From a virus (taxonomy: Duplodnaviria > Heunggongvirae > Uroviricota > Caudoviricetes), in IMG/VR virus record IMGVR_UViG_3300023179_004209, positions 1 through 64,000 of that record: a stretch of 64,000 nucleotides of DNA. The stretch is one strand, 5' to 3'. The position numbers and the translations under genes were made by a program. Shown here in pieces: positions 56,417 to 64,000 of this stretch. The notes beneath the pieces are model-generated. The model saw only the letters and a program-made list of their open reading frames with translations, did no database searches and was not told the DNA's origin. Position 1 is the stretch's first letter, and each line of letters begins with the position of its first letter.

Positions 56417-58705
56417 TTATAGAGCACAAGCTCCGCTTTCACAACCGGATTCTTGTACTACTGGTTGTTTTATTTCCGTCTTCTTTTCATCCATGGCGGT
56501 TTGTTTATCACCGTCATCAGTATTAGCATAATACAGATTCTTTAGACCATACTTGTAAGCCAATAACATGTCCTTAATTACTTCTTGAACAGGAACTTTA
56601 TTCTTTTCATAACGGGATGGAATATAATAAGTATTTGTACTAATACTCATATCAGTAAATTTTTGAATGGCAGCAGCAACCTTCAAGTAACCTTCATTAC
56701 TTGGCATATCAAAAGCAAAGGTATAATTTTCCTTATACTTGTCAATATTTGGAATTACTACTGGCAAAATGTTACTCTTGCTTCCTTTAAAACTAATAGC
56801 ACTACGAGGTGGTTCAATACCGTTAGTACTACTTTGAATTACACTGCTAGATTCTACAGGCATACATGCAGTCAATGTAGAATGTCTCATACCATGTTTC
56901 TTAATTTCTTCACGAAGTGTTTCCCAATCACAATGTAGTGGTTCTGTAATAAATTCATCTACATCTTTCTTGTAAGTATCAATTGGCAATACTCCTTGAC
57001 TAAACTTGGTACGGTCAAACTTTTCACACTTACCAACTTCTTTTGCCATTTCAACACTCGCCTTGATTAGATAGTAACTAGTCTTTTCCATCCATTTGGC
57101 AACAAAGTTTGGAGCGTCTTTATCCCAATACTTCAATCCTTCTTTAGCCAATAGAGCAGCCAAATTACTTACACCTACACCAAGACTACGGCGTTTCTTT
57201 GCAAAATTTTCTGCGGCTGGTACGAAATAATCTTGATGTTCAATCAAAGCATCCAACATTCTGACAATAATGTCACATACACTTTCCATTTCTTCATCAT
57301 CTTTGATTTCCAACCAATTCAAAGCAGCCAAGATACAAACACCAATTTCTCCGTTTTTATCATTGACATCAGTGATTGGAATCAATGGATGATTGACTTC
57401 AAGACATAGATTGCTTGTATCTACTTGATCCAACCAACTACCATGTTCATTTGCATGATCAACAAACATTGTATAAATACGTCCAGTTTCAAGACGTTCC
57501 TTAGCCAGTAGTCCCATCAATTCACGAGCAGGTACTTTTTTCTTGAACTTGATATTTTTGTTAGCTTCAGCCTTTTCATACTTCTCTTTGAACCCTTCCA
57601 TACCAAATGTATTCCATAACGAAGGACATTCATGGTAACTAAATAGTGTTACATCTTGATTCTTCAAGAACCGTTCAAAGATTAGTTTATCCAATCCAAT
57701 ACAATAATCCAACTTACGAACACGGTTATCATCGGTACCTTGATTGTTCTTCAATACAAGAATATCTAAAATGTCATAGTGGAACCATGCAAAATTGACG
57801 GTGGCACTACCCCCTCTAATTCCATTTTGGTGACAACTCTTTACAGTTGATTCAAATGCTTTAGCAAAAGGAATTGGACCAGTATGCATTACTTCACCAT
57901 TACGAATTGGTGCATTAGTAGCACGAAGTCTGGATAGATTCAATCCAATGCCATAACGACTTGCAGTAGCAAATCCTACAGCACTATTATTACTGAAAAT
58001 ACTACGAAGATCATCATCTACAGTGAATAGAGAACAACTAGCATAACTCTTCATTGGAGTTCTTACACCTGCCATAATTGGGGTTGGTAGATTAATCTTA
58101 TGTTTGCTAAAGTAATTATAAGCTTTCTTTACATATTCAAGACGATTTTCTTTATAGTCTTTAAAGAATGTCATTGCAATAAGCATATATGCAAATTGTG
58201 GAGTTTCATAAATTGTCTTAGTAGCACGATTCTGTACCAAGTACTTATCACACAACTGTTTGATACCAGCATATGTAAAATTGAAATCTCTATCATGACG
58301 GAGATATTCATCTAATTTATCAAATTCTTGTTTGGTATACCATTCTAGAATTTCTTCGTCATAAACCAATGCGTCAATATTAGCTCTAACTAAATCATGT
58401 AATTTAGGAGGATTCTTTCCACCCCAAACATTCTTTCTTAATCTATAATTCAATAGTCTTGATGCTACATATTGATAATTAGGTTTTTGTTCACTAATCA
58501 AATTTGACGCAGCTTCAATCAACATTGTATGAATATCACCAGAAGACATCTTATCAAAGAATGATAGATGTGCATTCATTGCGACTTCTTCAAAACTAAC
58601 ATTTTTAATATCCTCGGTTGCCCATTGCAAAACCTTATTGATTTTATCTGCACTAAATTTTTCCAAATTTCCGTTACGTTTCTTTATAAAAATTTCTTTG
58701 TTCAT
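56417..58705 (-). CDS. nrdA: Class Ia ribonucleotide reductase alpha subunit with ATP cone
   Basis: KRNG ATP cone, PTP.MAG.RT, SC, SNLCLE, LYY, terminal CESGAC. Confidence 0.96.
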   Translation of the reverse strand: MNKEIFIKKRNGNLEKFSADKINKVLQWATEDIKNVSFEEVAMNAHLSFFDKMSSGDIHTMLIEAASNLISEQKPNYQYVASRLLNYRLRKNVWGGKNPPKLHDLVRANIDALVYDEEILEWYTKQEFDKLDEYLRHDRDFNFTYAGIKQLCDKYLVQNRATKTIYETPQFAYMLIAMTFFKDYKENRLEYVKKAYNYFSKHKINLPTPIMAGVRTPMKSYASCSLFTVDDDLRSIFSNNSAVGFATASRYGIGLNLSRLRATNAPIRNGEVMHTGPIPFAKAFESTVKSCHQNGIRGGSATVNFAWFHYDILDILVLKNNQGTDDNRVRKLDYCIGLDKLIFERFLKNQDVTLFSYHECPSLWNTFGMEGFKEKYEKAEANKNIKFKKKVPARELMGLLAKERLETGRIYTMFVDHANEHGSWLDQVDTSNLCLEVNHPLIPITDVNDKNGEIGVCILAALNWLEIKDDEEMESVCDIIVRMLDALIEHQDYFVPAAENFAKKRRSLGVGVSNLAALLAKEGLKYWDKDAPNFVAKWMEKTSYYLIKASVEMAKEVGKCEKFDRTKFSQGVLPIDTYKKDVDEFITEPLHCDWETLREEIKKHGMRHSTLTACMPVESSSVIQSSTNGIEPPRSAISFKGSKSNILPVVIPNIDKYKENYTFAFDMPSNEGYLKVAAAIQKFTDMSISTNTYYIPSRYEKNKVPVQEVIKDMLLAYKYGLKNLYYANTDDGDKQTAMDEKKTEIKQPVVQESGCESGACAL

Positions 58706-58730
58706 ATGGGTAAAAAATAATTATCCAATC

Positions 58731-58793
58731 GGGGAGAAAAAGTCCAAAATAAAATTTTAAAAAAATCTTGTTTTATAGAAACTTTTTCTCCCC
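58731..58793. repeat. 13-bp perfect inverted repeat upstream of nrdA
   Basis: GGGGAGAAAAAGT (58731-58743) / ACTTTTTCTCCCC (58781-58793), 37-nt AT-rich spacer. Confidence 0.8.
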
Positions 58794-58808
58794 AAATTGA
58801 TATATAGG

Positions 58809-60188
58809 TTATTCACTGTCCTCTGAATTATGAGCATTCCACTTGTTGCTCATCATTTTCTTGACTACATTTTCTTCTTGACTCATTTCATTCAAGATAC
58901 CAATACCTTCACGACTATTTTCTGCGAAGATTCTGATATCACCGCAACCAGCATTCATTCTAGCAGGGAATGTAATACCATCGGGACCGAAACGATTCTT
59001 AATTACATGGAACCGTGCAGTATTAGCTTGTTTATCTGACATCTTACGACTTAGTGACATAACGAAGTCGGCGGTCATAATCTTACGATAACTATCTGAA
59101 ATATTATTTGCCTGAATGATATCTTCATCCATAGCTGCTCTGTTTGATTGTGAAGCACTCCAAATAGGAACTTGAAGTTCACCTGCTACCCCACGGAGTT
59201 CTTCATAAATACCGCCAGCTTCACTATAACTATTACTATTACGTTCGCTCTGAGAAGGACGTAGAATGTCAGCATAGTCAACGATAATCATATCTACCTT
59301 AGTACCAAGAGTTTGAATACGTTCAGCATGTAGTTTCAAACTATGAGCAGATACCGTCTTGATTGGAAAATACTTAATAATCAATTTACCAGGCACTTCT
59401 GCAATCTTCTTCTTAACAATGTCAATGTTGTTACGAATATTTTGGAAATCAATTCCAGTAAAACAAGCGTCATAACGTAGTCCAACATAGTTTTCATTCA
59501 ATTCCAAAGTATAATGTAATACATTTTTACCTTGACGCATTGCTTCTGCACCCATCTTGGCAAGAACCCAACTCTTACCACTACCAGCACAAGCAGTAAT
59601 GATTCCGAGTTCACCACCAGCAAGACCACCATCCATAATACTATCTACTTCTGTCCAGTTGGTCTTGACAGTTTTACGAGCCATTTGACTCATACGTTTT
59701 TCAACATCAACCATGTATTCATGTCCAATGTTACGTTCCATACCGGCTTTCATCGCAACATCAACTACATGTTTGATCTTGTCATATTGACCACTCTTTA
59801 AGTGATCAACACTCTCCATAATAGCATTCTTAATCTTTTGATTCTTACAAAATTCAAGAAACTGTTCTTTGATGTATTTCAAATCAGTATCACTGATTTT
59901 CTGGTAAACCATACGAAGTTGTTCTACAACTGATTGTTTCAACAACTCGTTTTCAATACCATCAACTTTAACCTTAAAGACCGCCAATGTTGGCAAGTCT
60001 TTGTATTGAAGAAAATAACTAATCGTTTCTTTAACGATAAATTTATGCGCATCTGTCTCGAAACTATCTGGTTCCAAGATATCGCTAATTCTTTCAATGA
60101 ATGTTTTATCCGACACCAAACCACTAATACATTTGATTTGGAATTCAGATCCGAATTTTTTTAGGTTATCAATAATTTTTTCCGACAT
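58809..60188 (-). CDS. Replicative DnaB-like helicase (gp41-like)
   Basis: AGSGKS, TLEL, IVDYAD, SASQ.NR, KNRFG. Confidence 0.93.
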   Translation of the reverse strand: MSEKIIDNLKKFGSEFQIKCISGLVSDKTFIERISDILEPDSFETDAHKFIVKETISYFLQYKDLPTLAVFKVKVDGIENELLKQSVVEQLRMVYQKISDTDLKYIKEQFLEFCKNQKIKNAIMESVDHLKSGQYDKIKHVVDVAMKAGMERNIGHEYMVDVEKRMSQMARKTVKTNWTEVDSIMDGGLAGGELGIITACAGSGKSWVLAKMGAEAMRQGKNVLHYTLELNENYVGLRYDACFTGIDFQNIRNNIDIVKKKIAEVPGKLIIKYFPIKTVSAHSLKLHAERIQTLGTKVDMIIVDYADILRPSQSERNSNSYSEAGGIYEELRGVAGELQVPIWSASQSNRAAMDEDIIQANNISDSYRKIMTADFVMSLSRKMSDKQANTARFHVIKNRFGPDGITFPARMNAGCGDIRIFAENSREGIGILNEMSQEENVVKKMMSNKWNAHNSEDSE

Positions 60189-60248
60189 ATTTTTAATATA
60201 ATTTAACTACACCAACTATACCACACCATTTCTGTAAACCAAGAATAT

Positions 60249-61316
60249 TTACAGAACCATTGAATTTATTTTTCCAAACACTTCATTTAGCCATACCATG
60301 CTATTTGGAAAATTATTTTGCATACAGTCTTCTACCAACAACTTACTAAAACCAAATCTGTCAAGTTTACCGATTGGTTTTTCCATGATTTCATTGATTC
60401 TCAATTGCGAGAACGATTGAATCTGAGTATCATGCAACTGCATTAAATCATAATTACGTTGCATAATGTCTTTATTTTCTAATACAGTATCATACAACTT
60501 CAACTTACCTTTATGAGTATCACTATAATTGTATAACTCTTGTAAGGAATATTGTTTATCTTCTGTAAGAATAGGATAACACTTGATAATAGTTTTTAAC
60601 CCAGCACCTTTAATACCGTCAATATTATCACTGCTGTCTCCTTCCATAATTCTATAATTGATAAAGTTCTTACAACTAATACCATATTCCAATAGAATTT
60701 CTGCACAACCATACAATTTCTTTTTGGTTGGACTCCAAATTTTAATTCTATCACCGGCTAGTTGTAAGAAATCTTTATCGGCACTCATAATAGTAACATT
60801 ACTATTCTTAAAGTACTCTTTAGCCAAATAAGCAATTGTGTCGTCTGCTTCAATATGATCAATTGCCATTGTTGTTACAGGCAATTTATCCAAATATTGT
60901 ACAGTTCTCAACAACTGTTTCTTTAGATTTTTATCTTCTGTATCTGGAGTGGTAAGATCATCATAAGCTCTATTAAGCCGAATCTTAGTCTTTCTACCAC
61001 TCTTGTATTCTGGATAAATCTTCCGTCTTTTCAGTGAACCCCCTTGACCATCAGACACAATTACAATCTTTGTAGGATTGATTAATTTTGCTGCATAACC
61101 AATGCTTTTTAAGCACCCTGCAATTCCACCAGTATGATTACCATTGGAATTGAGGGAGGGGGAGGCCATGAACGCTCTAATAAAAGTGTTCATGAAATCA
61201 ACAATTAATACTTCAGAATCAGAGGATCTATTCAATCCTCCAACTCTGTCTTCTTGTTTTACATTATCGAATAACGAAAACAACCTCTTTTTTTCACTGT
61301 CAGATAGATTACTCAT
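60249..61316 (-). CDS. RNase H / 5'-3' exonuclease (FEN-like)
   Basis: VD..N, YK..R, EADD, SADKDF.QL, GD.SDNI.GI.G.G.KT; start corrected to MSNLS at 61316. Confidence 0.9.
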   Translation of the reverse strand: MSNLSDSEKKRLFSLFDNVKQEDRVGGLNRSSDSEVLIVDFMNTFIRAFMASPSLNSNGNHTGGIAGCLKSIGYAAKLINPTKIVIVSDGQGGSLKRRKIYPEYKSGRKTKIRLNRAYDDLTTPDTEDKNLKKQLLRTVQYLDKLPVTTMAIDHIEADDTIAYLAKEYFKNSNVTIMSADKDFLQLAGDRIKIWSPTKKKLYGCAEILLEYGISCKNFINYRIMEGDSSDNIDGIKGAGLKTIIKCYPILTEDKQYSLQELYNYSDTHKGKLKLYDTVLENKDIMQRNYDLMQLHDTQIQSFSQLRINEIMEKPIGKLDRFGFSKLLVEDCMQNNFPNSMVWLNEVFGKINSMVL

Positions 61317-62460
61317 TCTCAGATGATACACCAGCATCCTCGTCAGTGTCAACAACTGCGTCGTCAACAATAACACTATTTGGATCTTTATATTTCATGA
61401 TTACAGCATCACAAATCTTCAAGTAAACTTCTTCACTCAAAACTTTATCTGTCTTCATTGCTTCTACAAAGTCCTTGGATTGGAACTTCCATTCCTCACC
61501 ATTATCCTTTTTATAGGTATAATATGCACCACCTTGTTTTACCAAGTTATTTTCTTTCAATACCTTGATCCAACTGCCGTAATCAGCAATTCCACTATCA
61601 AAGTAAATATCGAAAGCAGCTTGACGTTGTGGTGGACCCATACGGTTCTTAATAACAACTGCTTTACATTCATTACCAATAACTTCTTCACCCTTCTTTA
61701 GTTTACCAGTGTTGTTCAAACGAACACGTACCGAACAGTGATAAGCAAGTGACTTACCACCACTTACTACCCACTTATCACCAAATGCCATAGCATTTAG
61801 ATTCTGACGTAATTGATTGGTAAATACGGTAAGAACTTTTTGTTTACCAATCATGTTAGTGATCTTACGCATTGCTTTGCTAATGATAATAGATTTACCA
61901 GTAGCAAATCCATCTTTACCGTGATCACTTTCTAGTTCTGCTTTTGTAGAAGCAGCAGCAACAGAGTCAACGATAATTGTAAGAATACGATCTTTATTAC
62001 TCTTACGAACAATGCCGATCATATGTTCCATCTTTTCAAAAATATCTTCAACGGTTTCGCATTGAACATATAGAAGTTTTGATAGATCTACACCTAGACT
62101 CTTCCAGAATTCAGGAGCAGCAGCATTTTCAGTATCAATAACTACTGCTACACCACCTTTCTTTTGTGTATCTGCAACAACGTGTGCGGATACTAGACTT
62201 TTACCAGTTCCTTCCAAACCATTGAATTCAACCATCTTTCCAACTGGCAATCCACCATGAGGACGATTGCTAATTGCTAAATCAAGCATAGAAGAACCTG
62301 TACTAATCCAGTCGCTAATATCTGCGGGGTTTTCTTGTTCATCCAAGAAATATGCAATCTTACCGCCATCTTTATTGGCTTTATTTAACTCATTTGCGAG
62401 TAATTCGACTAACTCATCTCTTTGAGGAGCATCTTGTGTAACTTGATTTTTCTTTTTCAT
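61309..62460 (-). CDS. recA: RecA/UvsX recombinase
   Basis: STGS..LD, GLEGTGKS, IDTE, VDSVAA, NQLR, SGG, KNR..PP. Confidence 0.93.
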   Translation of the reverse strand: MKKKNQVTQDAPQRDELVELLANELNKANKDGGKIAYFLDEQENPADISDWISTGSSMLDLAISNRPHGGLPVGKMVEFNGLEGTGKSLVSAHVVADTQKKGGVAVVIDTENAAAPEFWKSLGVDLSKLLYVQCETVEDIFEKMEHMIGIVRKSNKDRILTIIVDSVAAASTKAELESDHGKDGFATGKSIIISKAMRKITNMIGKQKVLTVFTNQLRQNLNAMAFGDKWVVSGGKSLAYHCSVRVRLNNTGKLKKGEEVIGNECKAVVIKNRMGPPQRQAAFDIYFDSGIADYGSWIKVLKENNLVKQGGAYYTYKKDNGEEWKFQSKDFVEAMKTDKVLSEEVYLKICDAVIMKYKDPNSVIVDDAVVDTDEDAGVSSENE

Positions 62461-62472
62461 AATAATATAAAA

Positions 62473-62509
62473 CTAAAATAGGGGTGGCAGTAATATATAC
62501 TACCACCCC
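62473..62509 (-). terminator. Intrinsic terminator after SSB gene
   Basis: GGGGTGGCAGTA/TACTACCACCCC stem followed by TATTTT on the minus strand. Confidence 0.75.
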
Positions 62510-62526
62510 ATTACAAACAATTTATT

Positions 62527-63336
62527 TTAACTGTTAAACAAATTATCAAAAGCGGCTGCTACATCATCCGAATTTGATTTTGCTGCGACAGCTGTTGGTG
62601 ATTTATTCGTTGCAGTTGCTTTTGGAGCAGGAGCAGGAGTTTCCTCATCAACAATTGTGTTAACTGTTCCTTCAGAAGGAATTGAACCATCTGGATTCAA
62701 CCAGGCATTCATTACTTCCTTTAGTTCGTCATAACTAAATTCAGGGAATAGATCCATGATGTTAGTCTGTTGTGCCAAGATATCCTTTTGAGAAGGATCA
62801 ATTGCAACACTTGCGTTTGGCTTGACACGAATTGTAGTTTCTGGGAATGACTTACCAGAATCTTCTGCGGTACGGAATTCTACAACAATGTCACGACCAT
62901 TGACCAAATCAGTAATATCACCATAGTCAACATCACTGATGATACTTAGAATTTCTTGGTAAACATTCTTACCAAATCCCCAGAAACGAACACCTTCGTT
63001 TTCCTCACCACGAACGATGATAGGAGCATAGGTACGCATCTTTGGTTCAAACTTACGACCCAAAATCCAGTCTTCCTTGTTTCCGGTCTTCTTCATACGA
63101 TTGGACCATTCAACGATTGGATCAGGACGATTGAAACTATCGGGAGATAGATAAGTCTTGTTATTGATATTGTAGTGGAACTTTAGTTCGATAAAAGGAT
63201 TATCGGTTTGATACTTGTAGGGAACGATACGAACTACTTGTTTACCAGGCTTTGGTTTCCAAATGAGATTGGTTTTGTTGCCTTGGTTTGTTAGAGAGCT
63301 CAAACGACTCTTCAATTTTGATATGTCTAATGCCAT
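62527..63336 (-). CDS. Single-stranded DNA-binding protein (gp32-like)
   Basis: WKP..G...VRIVP, FHY, DPI.E, WGFGK, D.TD...GRD, acidic/aromatic tail FDNLF; adjacent to recA. Confidence 0.85.
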   Translation of the reverse strand: MALDISKLKSRLSSLTNQGNKTNLIWKPKPGKQVVRIVPYKYQTDNPFIELKFHYNINNKTYLSPDSFNRPDPIVEWSNRMKKTGNKEDWILGRKFEPKMRTYAPIIVRGEENEGVRFWGFGKNVYQEILSIISDVDYGDITDLVNGRDIVVEFRTAEDSGKSFPETTIRVKPNASVAIDPSQKDILAQQTNIMDLFPEFSYDELKEVMNAWLNPDGSIPSEGTVNTIVDEETPAPAPKATATNKSPTAVAAKSNSDDVAAAFDNLFNS

Positions 63337-63341
63337 AATTT

Positions 63342-63375
63342 TTAATTAGTTAATTTAGTTAATTAGTTAATTAGA
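63342..63375 (-). repeat. Tandem AACTAATT-type repeats in SSB leader
   Basis: Minus strand: TCTAATT AACTAATT AACTAAATT AACTAATT AA immediately before the start codon. Confidence 0.75.
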
Positions 63376-63444
63376 TAACTCACACGAATTATTTAATGAC
63401 AACCAATTAAGTTGTCATCAATATATATGAAGACCAAAAAGATT

Positions 63445-63837
63445 TCAACTTATTATATCAAAAATTTTGACGGAGACGATTTTCACTGATACTTCGCTCG
63501 TTAAAATAATTGAATTTCTGTAGAGATTCCAGTCCAATTGGAAGGTTTTATCAAAAACACCATTGTTTTCCTCAGCAATCAACTTATTCATTGCATTGAG
63601 AGTATACAATGTGTTTGTTTCTTTTTTTCTATGGACACTGATAGTGTTACGAAATTTTAATTGATTATTATCATTTATTTCTACATTGTATGTTGCATAC
63701 AGTTCTTTTGGATTGTTGACATTACACAATAAAAATATTTTACCGTTAATAACACTATAGAAATTTTTTATTTCTTGTATAGTGTCATTATATTCTTTGG
63801 AATTGGTAAATGTACACAATAATTGTTTGTTCTTCAT
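63445..63837 (-). CDS. Conserved-looking hypothetical phage protein
   Basis: LLCTF, TYNV, NTI.VHRKKETNTLYT.NA.N. Confidence 0.65.
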   Translation of the reverse strand: MKNKQLLCTFTNSKEYNDTIQEIKNFYSVINGKIFLLCNVNNPKELYATYNVEINDNNQLKFRNTISVHRKKETNTLYTLNAMNKLIAEENNGVFDKTFQLDWNLYRNSIILTSEVSVKIVSVKIFDIIS

Positions 63838-64000
63838 TTATTTATAATTAATTGTTTACCGTCAACATTCCACAATTTACCGACATAATTTCCAGAAGAA
63901 TCAAACCAACTATTTCTTTTGTTATAAAATCCAAACTTTAAAGCTTCTTGTAATGTATATTCAGTAGTCAATGCTTTCTCAATTGCTACTGCATCTTGTT
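63834..64000 (-). CDS. Partial CDS (C-terminus), hypothetical
   Basis: Open frame ...QDAVAIEKALTTEYTLQEALKFGFYNK...GKQLIINK-TGA overlapping the next ATG. Confidence 0.55.
   Translation of the reverse strand, partial: QDAVAIEKALTTEYTLQEALKFGFYNKRNSWFDSSGNYVGKLWNVDGKQLIINK

Noticed and set aside
14191-62460. Inteins or introns in polB, nrdA/B, helicase and recA
   Set aside because: Lengths are normal, motifs are contiguous, and no splice-junction signatures or homing endonuclease ORFs were seen.
520-63150. Numerous 60-117 aa ORFs antisense to or nested within long genes (e.g. 1207..1452, 21520..21852, 52865..53206, 56585..56938)
   Set aside because: They fully overlap well-supported genes, lack motifs and initiation context, and look like shadow frames.
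1-64000. Alternative genetic code (stop-codon reassignment), common in some large phages
   Set aside because: Core genes are full-length in the standard code, and TAA, TGA and TAG all occur as genuine ends.
1-64000. tRNA/rRNA genes, IS elements, integrase
   Set aside because: Intergenic gaps are short and explained by promoters and hairpins; no cloverleaf or transposase/integrase motifs recognised by eye.

Overview
AT-rich segment of a large tailed dsDNA phage with T4-like replication genes. The minus strand carries the core replication and nucleotide genes: family B DNA polymerase, sliding clamp, both clamp-loader subunits, DnaB-like helicase, RNase H/5'-3' exonuclease, RecA/UvsX, gp32-like SSB, NrdAB, dNMP kinase and UvsE. 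Two large glycan-biosynthesis blocks interrupt them. The first (about 2.5-11.9 kb, minus strand) holds glycosyltransferases, methyltransferases and two SPASM-first radical SAM enzymes. The second (about 18.7-43.9 kb, plus strand) is a tightly coupled operon of about 25 genes for deoxy/branched NDP-sugars, including RfbH, a YerE-like TPP enzyme, two aldolase-fold proteins, an LdpA-like 2x[4Fe-4S] protein, a B12 radical SAM, a split TPP E1 pair, an HddA-like kinase, a ColD-like enzyme, RmlB/C and LhgO. No flippase, polymerase or membrane initiating transferase is recognisable, which suggests cytoplasmic (virion or DNA) glycosylation. Also present are Mom-like and DruA-like putative DNA-modifying proteins and a MoxR AAA+/peptidase-VWA pair. 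Non-coding DNA shows two promoter classes (sigma70-like, and a TATTTATA motif just upstream of start codons) and several exact inverted repeats positioned to control translation. Product calls come from motif recognition by eye; no database searches were run.
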